Shown here: piece by piece, positions 48,860 through 61,174 of the stretch
How the letters are laid out: each line of letters starts with the position of its first letter
Numbering within the stretch: the first letter of the stretch is position 1
DNA from: Squalus acanthias
Lineage: Eukaryota
Direction: 5' to 3'
Length of the DNA stretch: 64,000 bases
NCBI GenBank assembly: GCA_030390025.1
Contig: CM059430.1
Coordinates: 74,710,001-74,774,000 of the forward strand
Made by a program: the position numbers and the translations under genes
Notes under the pieces: generated by a model
Seen by the model: only the letters and a program-made list of their open reading frames with translations
Databases searched by the model: none
What the model was told of the DNA's origin: nothing

Positions 48860-48980
48860 ATAAACAGGAAACTCTGATGCTTTTATATAGATATGTTTGC
48901 AACTAAACTGCTATAAACGATGAAGCAATGACGAGTGAAACCACACGTTGAAATCAGCCGTACAATCAAGGAAATGAAGA
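48860..48980 (-). promoter_or_regulatory. Putative promoter: TATA box with RUNX, ETS and half-CRE motifs
   Basis: TATATAAAAG at 48889-48880 (minus strand), 51 nt above the ATG; TGTGGTT at 48945-48939; AGGAA cores at about 48866 and 48969; TGACG at 48929-48933. Confidence 0.6.
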
Positions 48981-50419
48981 GATGCAACGTGTCGTTGTAA
49001 CTGTGACCTTTGTATGGTTTGAAACATCACAAGCGGCAGAATTTGGACGAAATAAAACAACGGCCACACTGGTCAAACCTATTTCCGGTATATCGGTTAA
49101 ATACGGTTTCTATATCAAACAGTTGATCAAAATAATTGTTTTGGAAATTTAAATGTGTTGGTTATGGACTGGAAACTCCAGCAGGCCTCCCACTGCATCT
49201 CAAAGACAGGAATAACATTATTCAGCGAACTGGACAATTTGTTACCGCAAAGTTGGCGATTGTGACCATAGAGAGGATTGAGAAAGCAGAGGAGTTGAAA
49301 TGGGAAAGTGGTTTCTGGATATAATCGCCTGTTCAATCTATATGTAGCAGGACAAGACAGAGAAAGCTTCGGGCGAGTCTGGACGTCCTGCTTTCCAACG
49401 CGTTCTGTTTCTATTTGATTTGCTATGTTGTTTAAGATTGCAAAGCAAATATACAAACACCCTTTTAATGCGATCTCATTGCTTTTAATATAAATTGTGC
49501 ATGGAGATTTGTGCATCCTGAAACAAAAAAAAACAGGTAATCGAGCAGCAAGTGACCAACAAAGTGAAACCAGCCAGGGTAATGCGGCGTAAGCTTCAGT
49601 GTGGCCAATGTTGCTTTTCCACTCATTTATTTCACCAAATTTTGTCATTCTTTTTATTTGCTTTTTCTGTTCAACTCTGGGAACTACTGGAAAATTGTTT
49701 TTACTCTGGGCTGGCTTGAGCTGGTAATAGATTAATGAAATGACTCAGTATGTTGTGTGATCTGCTGTGATCTAATTTTCTTAATGTTCCTGTGGCATCT
49801 TGGACCGTTGCCAAAATGAAGAGATAAAACTTTCAGCTTGGTTGATAATCTTCAGCGTAGCAGCGAGAGAATAGTATAGACCAGGGTCAAAACAATACAC
49901 TGCGTAGAGCGAGTGGTGAACCAGTCTCCGGCGGAGTTCAGATTTGGGTTCAGTTGGTTCAAAATTATATCTTAAAGTGATAAACCATGAGTTTATGTTT
50001 CATATTATTGATGTTTTGACAAACTGCTCAGTTTATTATGCGCGACCGCTGAAACTTGTCATGTCTGATCTCTGTGCAGTGGGGAGGGCTTGTATATTTC
50101 ATGCTTCCCAGATGATCACATATGCAGCATGGATCCACAACAGCTTGCATTCGAGTTGAACATATCTGACCTTGAGGAAAAGCTTGGACCTGCAATTGCA
50201 TGTTGTAAGGTATGGTTTTCTGTAGCGCACATACCAGGATGCTGTCACTCCAAAGACACAGCGAGTCAGTGAAAGGGAAATAGTGGCCTTTCCTTTCAAT
50301 TAGAAAGAGAAGAGACGAGGCAGTATCGGCAGTGCCGGAGACTATTTAATTGACAGACAGGCATTAACAGGCTAGAGTCAGCTGTTGCCCAGTCGGGACC
50401 AGATGAAGTGCAGATTCGC

Positions 50420-53400
50420 AGTTAGCTTATGGGATTCCCCATTGTTCGGTTATAGCCTTGTCCCAAATGTTGTCTTGTCTCTCCCTGGTCATTGTAAATG
50501 ATATTATGGAGCTGCAGCAAAATATTCTGGAGAAGGAAGGCCAGAAGCTAGAAGTCAGAATATCATGAATTCGGTGCCGATTAAAAAGCGGGGCCTCAAA
50601 TACAGTAATTTACTAATGACTCCTGGTGACATGCACGATGTCGCAATAATAAAATCTGAGACCTATGTGCAGATTGATGCAGAAGGTATAAATTCAGATT
50701 TATGCAATTATTAGAAGCAGTACTTGTACTGAAGTGGGCTGTACAGGCCAAATGGACTTCACCAGAACAAGGCTGTGGTGAACATCTTCGCTGGCAGAGC
50801 AAGTCGCGTTGTGATTAGATTTGCACTAATGTGTGGGGAGGGGAAAACCAGACATTGAAGCAGAAATTAGCGTAACGTTTTGATAGGGTGTAGGAAGCAT
50901 AAATAAGAACATAGAAAAATACAAGTACATCAAAACAAGCAGACATTACCTATAAGTTTGCAAAACACACGGCTTCAGCGGAAAGTTGTTAATACATAAA
51001 ATTTAAATAAAATTGGTTAAACCAGTCACAAATTTCTTAAGGGTGTGTGATAAATTAACATTTCCAGACAAGTTGTCATCACTATCGCAAGGCTCAGAGT
51101 TAAATATTCTTGGCAGTTTAATCAAGTATTCCACTACAGCACGAGAGTTTAAGATCGATGTCGAAATGCTGTAACAATTAAAGTAAGGGATATTTAGTGA
51201 TTAGAAAAAATATAGCAAAAACAGGGACGTGCTAATTGGTGACTTTTCCATTTAAATTACTTTCACTGGTACCTGTGTTTACATAATGAAAGAAAGATGG
51301 GATTTTCCACAATGTGCCCTAGACTATTTTCCACTTCATTCTGCTTTACTCCAACAATGAAAGCGTTCAATGGAAGCGTTAAATCCAGATCTGGAAGAAA
51401 ATACATTAAGTGAGGCAAGTATGCAATCCAAGGGGAAGGGAGCAGCGACTATAACAAAATTGGACTTGACGTTATAACTGAAAACCATCTAACATAATTG
51501 CAATATATTTTTTCAGAACATCGCAAATTTCAAGAAGATACAGCCAGTAACTAGACCAGTTAATTAGAAAGCGCTGTATAAAATGTGTGACGCATAGGAA
51601 TCATCATTACGACTAATGCTCAATTCGGTTTATATATATATGTACTCTGGACTAGAGTCTCAGGTAAAACAATAATTGAGCAATGAGAGACCTTCAAGGA
51701 GGACATACAATACATAGGGTATAGACTAAAGACATTCCCATCAGGAGGAAGGAACGGAATCCAAAGTTAAAGCTCTCTGGATCTCCAAAAGAACTGCAAT
51801 TAAAATGAAACAGAAAAAAAAAGGCGGCAGATTAATAGCACGTTCAAAATACAATAATCAAGCATAATATAGACAGTGCAGAGCATCACTGGAAAAGAAA
51901 ATAGAGGAACATCGAGATTACATAGAGATTAGCGGGTAACATGAAGTGTTTTATAAATGTATGAAGAGGAAAAGGATGTTCAAAAGAAAGGTAGTGATGA
52001 TTTAGGACCAAAAAGGAAATCTTCTTGTGGAGTCAGAGGGCATGGCTGAGGTGCTGAATGAGTACTGTTCATTTGTCTTTACTGGAGAAGAGGATGCTGC
52101 TAATGTAGCAATAAACGCCGTAAAGCGTTGGATGGGACAGAAATGCATGACGAATAGATACTTAAAAAGTTTGGCAGTGCTTTACGTAGAAAATTCACCC
52201 GGTCCAGATGAGATGAATCCTAGGTTGATGAGGGAAGTAATGCTGGATATAGCTGAGGCTGTGACAAAACTCTTACTATACATTTTTATATGGGAGTGCT
52301 AGCAGAGGACTAGAGGGTAAAAATATTACACACCTGAGGGAAGAGAGATAAACCAGGTAACTACAGGCCGGTCAGAGTAACGTATGTGGTGGGGAAACTG
52401 GTAGGCAATATAATCCGGGAGAAAATTAATTTTCACTATGAAAAACATAGGTTAATTAATAACAGCCAAGACGGATTGTTAAAGGCAAGCTGATTGAGCT
52501 TTTCCGATTAAATATGGAGGGGTTTAATGAAGGTAATGAAGTTGACGCTCTGATATGGAAATCCAAAAGACGTTTGGCAAAGTGCCACATAATAGAATTG
52601 TTAGCCAAATTGAAGACCGTGGGATTAAACGGGCAGTGGCAGCATGGATTTGAAATTGGCCAAGAGGCAGAATGCAGAGTGTAAGGGTGAATTGAAGTTT
52701 TTCAGACTGAATAGACGTATACAGTGGCGCCCGCAGGCGTCAATATTCAGGCCACTACTTTGTTGATGCATTTTAATTACCTGGATTTAGTTCCGGGGGC
52801 AAAATTTCAATTTTTGAAATGGCACAATAATTGGAAATGTAGCAAAATAATATGTAGGATAGCAGCAGACTGCAGGAAACATAGACAGATTTGGAAATGG
52901 GCAGACATGTGCCAGATTAAATTTAATACAGGGAATTATTCTGCGATGCATTTTGTGAGGAAGAATGAACGGAGCTAATACAAACAAAATTGTACAATTT
53001 TAAAGGGGTGGAAGAAAAGTGAAACCTGGTGGCTTTCATACACAAGTCTTTGCAGTTGAAAGGCCATGTTGCTGAGATGTTAAAACGCATTTGGGCGTCT
53101 TGGAATTACAAATAGAGGGATAGAGTACAAAAGCAAGGTAGTTATGCTGAACCATTCTGAATCACTGGTTAGCCTTCAGCTGGAGTATTGTGTCCATTTC
53201 TGGGCACCACACCTTAGGAACGATTTCAAGGCCTTGGACAGGTTGCAAAGGTGATATACCAGAATTGGACCTGGTATGAGGAGAAATTCAATAGAGATGA
53301 TCAAAAATTATGAGTGGTTTTACTTTAGTAATTAAGTTGAAGCTGTTTCTACTCGCTGGAGTGTTAGTAACAAGACAACATTGATTTACGATAATTTGCA

Positions 53401-53660
53401 AATGAACCAGAGGGGAGATGAGGAGGACGTTTCTTGTATGGCGAATTGTTATTGTCTGCAATGCACTGCCTGAAGGGATAGTGCAAGTAGATTCAATAGT
53501 AACTTTCAAATGGGAATTGGATTTTTGAATGAGCAGGAAAAAATTGCAAGTCTGTGAGGAAAGTGTACAAGAGTGGAACTAATTGGATAGTTCCTTTAAA
53601 GAGCTAGGAAAGGCATTTAGAGCTGAATGACCTACTTGGGTGCTGTAGATTATTCCATGA
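50420..53660 (+). mobile_element. Heavily decayed near-full-length CR1
   Basis: ORF1-like remnants at about 50420-50840, then ORF2 remnants (MAEVLNEY, SPGPDEMNPRL, LEYCVHFWAP) and 3' UTR. Confidence 0.8.
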
Positions 53661-53878
53661 TAACCACAATTAGTAAAGGCTATGACATGAATATATGTCA
53701 TTCACGCCCCTGGATTAAAATATTGGATTGAATTAATAATGTCTTCACCATAAACGCCACGTAATTTAATGAAAAGTCTCGCCATCATTTTCCCTGAGGT
53801 ATTTGTAATAAATTCAGCCCTGTCAGAATATCCCAATCCAGGGAACAACGTTTTAAAAGTGCATTAATCGAGAAGATG

Positions 53879-54669
53879 ATGGCCCGGATTTTGCAATAGG
53901 AATAACGATGAGGATAACAGTACTCTCCTTTATCATGGAATAGATCAATAAGCACATTCCAGAGTGCAGACTTGCGCAGTTTAAACACGGATATCTGGAA
54001 ATTGCTGCCCAATTTAAACTGCTTCTCCACAGGTTGCGCTATACTTGTGTCACTCCGATAGACTCAGCATTTGTATCCACGTACAGGGCGTGAATTTTCC
54101 TTATTACCCAGGAGTTACCCATTAAACATACCAGACAAATTTAGGCCTGGTACATTCTGGTTTAAGAGAACATTTAATGGCGTAAAAAGTCATAATTACT
54201 GCAGAGCAACATTTCTGTCATTGAAAATTTAATTTTACAAGCAAGGCATCTCATTCATTAATAATTTGATTAGTATTGGAGATTTTCTAAAAAGGGACTT
54301 TTTTTTCTTTTTCTTTCTGGTTCTTTTATATATCTCTCTTAACCCCATCTTTCTGGCCGTCTCTTTATTTTGCTTTCTGTGCATGATTTTACAAACAATT
54401 AAGTCTAATTTATACTTCCTTGTTGATGCTTCCTTGTTTGGACTCTGTGTGGCTCAGTGAGGATTCTTCAAACTGATTGGTTGAACAGCATCACGGTTTC
54501 TTGCACTGCTCACAGACGCTGCAGATATCTGTGCAGGGCGACACGCTGGAGCAGACTCCTGAAGACAGCAAGTTGCTGCTCAAAAGCCCGCGAAAATTCT
54601 GAGGGAAGCTTTCAGCGTGATGAATGGAAAATGCCGTTCCTTGGCCGCTGACCAAAATATCCGGGCCAT
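53879..54669. mobile_element. Non-autonomous TIR element (MITE-like)
   Basis: TIRs atggcccggattttg (53879-53893) / caaaatatccgggccat (54653-54669); about 790 bp, no ORF. Confidence 0.75.
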
Positions 54670-55109
54670 TTTACGATGAAACAAATGATGAAACTGGCGC
54701 ATACTTATAATAAGTTTGAAAGTAATTATGCGACAAGAGTGGTCACTGTAAAATAAACATTTTTTTCACAAGATGAATGAGAACGTCGAAGAAAACCAAA
54801 CTTAGTTTTTCTTTATTCCAGTCATCCTCTCGCCCCCAAGCATTAGTGAGTATCCTGCGTTCATTTGCTTGCTGGATCTGACTTTTGCAATGTGAACGCC
54901 TAAATCGGCATTTTGCAGTTTCTGGTCATTCAAATAAAGACATTTACTTTAAATTACATGTCGCCTTGTCAAGTTTCAAAATTTCAAATTCTTGACACAA
55001 TTAATTCGTTATGCACCGCAGTGACTACTGGTTTTACGAGAGACAGAATCCTCCCAAATACAGCAATACCGAGCATTACTGGTTAATCTGCTACTTAATT
55101 GGTAATTTT

Positions 55110-55315
55110 GTTAGAGCAATGATGAATAGAACAGCCAAAAGTGCTCTGGGATCTTTAACGACCTTTGAACAGACAGAAGGAGTCGCCTGAATATTTCATG
55201 TTAAGAGCTCCGCCTCATACATTCTGAGTACCGCATCGGAAAATGTGCTAAGATACTGAATGTGGGGCTCAAACCAACATCTTCAGATCGGCAGACGAGC
55301 GCAATACCAATACTG
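55110..55315 (-). mobile_element. Decayed tRNA-derived SINE fragment
   Basis: gtgctctgggatctttaac core plus B-box-like ggtttgagcccc on the minus strand. Confidence 0.45.
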
Positions 55316-55484
55316 ATATCGCACACGGCCAGATTCAATTTGGTGCACCAACCTACACATAATTCCACTCAGGATAAAAGTGTTCCGATATTCTGAATAA
55401 TTTTATTTTGGCATGCCTAGTTGGGCATTAACTCATCGTGCTCGCTCAACGGCGTTAAATGCCTAATTTCAGATATTGATGTTC

Positions 55485-55930
55485 ATAGAAACATAGACTT
55501 ATACAGCACAGAAATATGCGCTTCGCCCGATGGTACCTCTGCCGGCTCTTTCAAAGACTTATCCAATTCGTGACACTCCCCTGGACTTTCCACAAATCCC
55601 TGCAATTTTTTTCCTTTTCATGTATTTATCCAATTCACTTGTGAAATTTACGATTGAATCTACTTCCATCAACTTTTCAGGTAGTGCATTGCAGATCACA
55701 CCAACCCGCTACATAAATGTTTTTCCTCATCTCACCCCTGGTTCTTCAGCCGACCCTCCTGCCAGTGGAAACAGTTTCTCCCTATGCGCTCCATCAAAAA
55801 CCTTCAACATTTTGAACACCGTTACTGAATCTATTGAATCTCCCATTAACCTTCTCTGCTCTAAAGAGAACATTTCCAGCTTCTCTATTCTCGCCACATA
55901 ACTGAATGCCATCATTCCTGGTACCATTCA
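55485..55930 (-). mobile_element. CR1 3' fragment
   Basis: MVPGM...EKLEMFSLEQRRLMGD and catagaaacatag tail. Confidence 0.88.
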
Positions 55931-57429
55931 ATATATATAGAATGGAAGATATAGAATAAATATTCTGGAAGTCTCGATCACATAGTTTATTTTTCTCAAC
56001 TCAAACATAATTTGGAAGGAAAACGGGAATGTTAAACATGATTATTAGAGGACTCGGTGCAAATTATGGCCCAGAAAATACTAAAATCCTACTCCATGAT
56101 TAAAGGAATTAAGGCGAACGATCTTATGATTTTCACTCGCGCAGTAGTATGTTGGTTTATAAAGAGTAAAAACGAGCTCACCTGTTTTTCATTCCTAATA
56201 ATGCACGTTTATTTTTTCTTTGCAGCAATGAAGCATGAAGTAATTCAATGTGATAAGCTTCACCTTATTTCCATTTTTCTGATACTTTGACTAGTTGTTT
56301 AGAATATATCTGAGAAAACCATATAACAATTTATATCTTGTTCAACATGAATTCCAATGGCAATTATTTCCATTCTAAGAAATGCAAATTCTATTAGAGA
56401 ACAAATTGTACTCAGCTGGTGCCCTGTTGTTACCTTGCATAACACATCTTCGGTTAACCAGTACAAAAACGTAGCTCAATTGCTGCACAAAACGACGAAC
56501 TAAGGAGGCGATAAGAAAGCGATGAAAACACGAAGGATGTTGTGGTATAATGGCATTTCGAGCGTTAAAAACGTGTGGGGTATTTGAAGAATGGTGGGCG
56601 CAAGAGAGTTCGGATCTGAATCAAGTGCATAGCGCGTACTTTACAGGCGGTGAGTCATGGAAAAAATTACAAAGCAATTAGGTCGCTATTAAAGTGCGGG
56701 TATATCTGTGCTGCCACATGATGAGCAATAGCCAAACAATATTTTTCCATTATGTTGCAACGAACGGGTCTAAATTTATACTTCAACTGCTAGTGCAGTG
56801 GGGTGAGGTAATAAACCATTTCCTTTTTCTTATCACAAAGCGCGCGTTGTTTAATCAATATTTGGTAAGATTTACAAACGTAGCGGAACAAACAACACAC
56901 TGGAAAGGTCATTTACTTCCTGTTGGTATATTACTGCAGAATAGGCCAAGAGCCTTACGGCCACACATGAAGTTTCGCACTGCTGAATATGATTTGGTCA
57001 CATTGTGCTAATCAGTTAATTGTTTGCAGGGTTATTCGGCCAATATTCACAGTGATGCGTTTCTATTCGGCGCTAAAATGCAATGCAATTATTAATTTCA
57101 AATCTGGCAGATAAGGCTTGCTCAACAGCTTTCTCTTGTCGCGTTTGTGTCACATTGTGAACACTTGGCCGATGTGATTTATTCATGAAGTAAACACTGC
57201 TGAGGGAATTAGCATGTTTTCATTTTTCTCTCTTCAACGTTTATAATGCCCCACTTCCATTTCCTCTAGCATTCCATGTTAATAAGGAAAGCATAACGAT
57301 GACAGAAACAATTGCTAATGGCTTGGGAAACATTTTAATTGTCGATATTAGCTAGTTGAGCCATTAATTTTGCATGGAAATAGTTGATGCTTTATTTAAA
57401 TCAGAAATATTTTTTTAAAAAGCAAGTAT

Positions 57430-57570
57430 TAGGCAGCATCGATGGAGAGAGGAAGGCTCGGTTAACTTTTCAGGTCCATGACCTTCCCATCTCCACAGAT
57501 GCTGCCTCACCTGCGGAGCGTTTCCAGAATTTACTGTTTTATTTTCAGGTTTGAAACTACTGTAGCCTTT
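57430..57570. mobile_element. Short Penelope pseudo-LTR derivative with inverted duplication
   Basis: First half matches 34517-34570 directly and second half matches 34455-34533 inverted (aggcagcatc...gatgctgcct). Confidence 0.7.
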
Positions 57571-58104
57571 TGATCATTGGAAAGGAGTGTATTATCGTTC
57601 AATCGAGCCCGGTGGTAAGAATTAATCTGGTCGTTCTGTAAAGCGGGATTATACACGCATTCATCAATATATCTACTGTTCATATCTATTGAATTATACA
57701 TGCGCTCTGCAGAATATATCTATACTTTTGCTAGAAATTCATAGCAGGCAAAGGCATCAGTAAAATATTTTTGTATGTAGCTAGGGGAAGCCAGTAAATC
57801 ATTCTGTTTTGGTCTGGTCACAACTTCTGAATACTGAAAGGAGATAATATTTTTGTTAGATATTTTTATAATAATAAAGAAAAAAATGCGTTCTAAACCA
57901 CTACCAGTTTAGTTTAAAATATCATTCAGATGCAATGGAATATCAACCTTATAGCCTCAGGACAGAATTCTATGTGATTCCCACTATCCGATCCTAAACG
58001 GATGTCCGTTAACATCCTGTTACCTGCTTGACCCGACCAATATTTTTTTTAATTGGACCACTATGAGGGGAATGATCTTCCGGCTTGAGAATAATAAGGC
58101 TTAG

Positions 58105-58243
58105 AAGATAATTAGATAGAAAGAGAAATGATAGATAGATGTATAGATAGATAGATGGATAGTTAGATAAATTGATAAATAGATTGATAGATAATAGATA
58201 GATTAATGGATATCGAGAAAAAAATACATAAATAGACAGATGG
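58105..58243. repeat. Degenerate (GATA)n microsatellite running into an assembly gap
   Basis: gatagatagat-type repeats directly before the N run. Confidence 0.85.
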
Positions 58244-58530
58244 NNNNNNNNNNNNNNNNNNNNNNNNNNNNNNNNNNNNNNNNNNNNNNNNNNNNNNNNN
58301 NNNNNNNNNNNNNNNNNNNNNNNNNNNNNNNNNNNNNNNNNNNNNNNNNNNNNNNNNNNNNNNNNNNNNNNNNNNNNNNNNNNNNNNNNNNNNNNNNNNN
58401 NNNNNNNNNNNNNNNNNNNNNNNNNNNNNNNNNNNNNNNNNNNNNNNNNNNNNNNNNNNNNNNNNNNNNNNNNNNNNNNNNNNNNNNNNNNNNNNNNNNN
58501 NNNNNNNNNNNNNNNNNNNNNNNNNNNNNN
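58244..58530. other. Assembly gap (287 N)
   Basis: Run of N. Confidence 1.
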
Positions 58531-59761
58531 GAACTCTGATTGTTTTATGATTCGCATGCAGGTGTTATAGGACGAGGCATAAAACGTTTTCGCACTCAGC
58601 TCTAAAATGCCTATTTAGATAATAAATTTCCTTCAACTTTGTCGCAACGTGCGATGAGCACTCAATATCGAATAAGTTTTTAGGGAGTGTTACAATCTTT
58701 CCGAGCCATATGAACCTAATTAATCACTCTGCGAGAAATTCTGATAATAGTGAAACCTTGTACTTTTTACTATTAACCGCTTGTCATCTTTCCATCGTAT
58801 GTTTCCCCAACGCCTTGCTATTTCAGGCCTATTTTTATATTTTTCCCCTTTTTCTTTTTAATGAGTAGTAACACTTTTAGGAGCAGTGTATTACCGACTT
58901 TCAGAGGAACTGTAACAGCATATATAATTCTGGCTCTTGTAAGATTAAATACACAAGTCAGTATAGCCATATAAGCATTAATGCTCCCCATAATAAATCT
59001 GTAGTAGTTGCATGGGTTCAACCGGACAACGTCACAAAATTGTTAATATTTGTTTAATTGTGAAACGCATAGATACTTAAAAATAAATAAAAGGTAATTT
59101 AAACTGTTTTCAGTTCGGCAAAGTTTTTTTAAGTTTACTTGTAAGCTGTGTGATTCTGCAGCTAGTCAAGCTGATCCGCTCTCGTTTGGAATATAGGCTA
59201 CAGAAAAGTTAACAGACAGCGAGACTTGTTTTCCCTCTCTGTGCAATTACCCCATTCGTATATCTGAAGAAGAATCATAATGGGCTCACAGTTAACAGTT
59301 GACCATGATTTCCGGGGCCGCACCAATGTTGATGGCGCAGGAATACCTTAAGGAGTTATTTTACATGAAGGTGGCTTCACAACATTACGAAGCAGCCTTC
59401 GCTGCAAAGGTGTTGTTGCAAAGAGGAAATCGAGTGGTGTTAAAAAATTAATATGAAATCTGCAGTCCTCAGATGATCCTCATCATAGGTTACTAAATGG
59501 TGGCACACTGTTTTAAGACTTTGCCTCTCAAATCATCTGCGTTAACCCATTCAGTGTCATTTCTCATCTTCAGAGACAGAATGCTTGAGCTGGGAGAAAT
59601 GGAAGTTACCTCGAATATTAATTGCAAGCACCCCCGTCTCTACTATAAAGCCGCCAAATCTGGGTATTATTTTTCTGAAATTGAAATTGATAAGTTATAT
59701 TGATATGAGTTGCTGTTCAAGCATTCGACAATGATTAATTTACCTAAAGGATTAACAAAGG

Positions 59762-59763
<2 letters not shown>

Positions 59764-59832
<69 letters not shown>

Positions 59833-59854
59833 ATATATTTTATGTATATATATA
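59764..59854. repeat. (TA)n microsatellite
   Basis: About 90 bp of near-perfect TA repeats. Confidence 0.98.
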
Positions 59855-60549
59855 CAAATAAACATTAAAAGTCCGGTATTGTGGATCCTGCCCAATGCTG
59901 TGTAACTCTATTTGTTTGGAAATAAAATTGAACATTGACAATTAATGTCGGTCCAACAATATGAGTCAAGTCCGAAACTGTCCCTTGTATCGCGCGATGA
60001 AGATTTGTGTTAAAGTTAACAATCATCTCTCATCTTGCAGACTGGACTGCTCTTTGGAATTGAAATACTTTGAAAAGATAAAATTTTCCCATGCACAATA
60101 GTGCGCCATATTTAAAAGAAAGTTCCAAGAAGAGTTTCAATCAGTTAAACAAAAATGTAATTTTTACATTGGGACAAACTGGGAACTTTTAACTTATGTT
60201 TCTGTCAAAATTATTTTTAGTTTATTGGACAGTATGGTTCCGCCGGGACTCATGAATGAGAATTATATAAGTCTGTTAAAATTGGACGAGAGGACGTGGC
60301 TGACGGTATAAGATAGAAACAGAACGATTACACCACAAATGGGTTCTATGGTCAGGCGATTATGGAACCCGAACTCAATAGGTTGGGGAATGATGTGCGG
60401 GTGCACCCACTACTAATATAAATAACCTGGGCACAATTCACCAAAGATATCAATCTAGTATCAATGTACAATCTAGTGAAAGTCAGGAAATTGAAGTTAA
60501 GTACACGTCATTGATAGCTTTCGCTTGGAGTTGCCTGCATCCTTGCCTA

Positions 60550-61100
60550 TACTGAAGAATGAAGCAAAATTATATTTGGAAGGTTGCCCCCTACCCAAGA
60601 CATCGGAATTATGCTGGGGGAAATAAACGAAGTCCTCCAGATACCACCAATCTTTTGATAAGATAGCTTGAAGGCTGAGTGGCCAGTAGTTTGCTGCTTT
60701 ATCCCAATTCCCTTTCTTGAATAGTGGTATAATATTTGCAATCATCCACTGATGATTGAAAGATTGTGTCTAATACCTCTGCTACTTCTAACTTTGCTTC
60801 CTTCAGAAAACTAGGATGAATTCCATCTGGACCAGGTGACTTGGCAACTTTCAGTAATCTTTATCCTCTTGCTATATCTTCTCTATCTATGTCTAAGCTG
60901 TCCAACCTTCCCTCTCCTCCTTCAGTATAACTTTCACAACACCCCTTTGAAAAGACAGATGCAAATTCATCATTTATTACTTTAGCTATGCCCTCTGCCT
61001 CTACATGAAGATTTCCCTTTGGTTGCTCAATTTATTTGTTGTCAGTAACTTTTTACACTTTATTTGCCCTAGTTCCATTCAAATGCCCAAAAAACAGCCT
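60550..61100 (-). mobile_element. Decayed CR1 ORF2 fragment
   Basis: ANIIPLFKKGNWDKAANYWPLSL and KSPGPDGIHP remnants. Confidence 0.8.
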
Positions 61101-61174
61101 TTTATTTGCCAATTTATTAAACTGGTCTTTGTCTTACTTATCTCCTGCTCCATCTTTATCTTAATACTGAAATA

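Noticed and set aside
49127-49648. 173-aa ORF with a strong internal acceptor (ttttgtttcag) upstream of the receptor gene
   Set aside because: No recognisable domain, no matching donor or upstream exon, and a TATA promoter lies between it and the leader exon.
56205-56240. Plus-strand acceptor ttttttctttgcag followed by a quick stop
   Set aside because: Isolated motif with no supporting plus-strand exons.
58009-58557. ORFs spanning the N run
   Set aside because: Artefacts of the assembly gap and flanking microsatellite.
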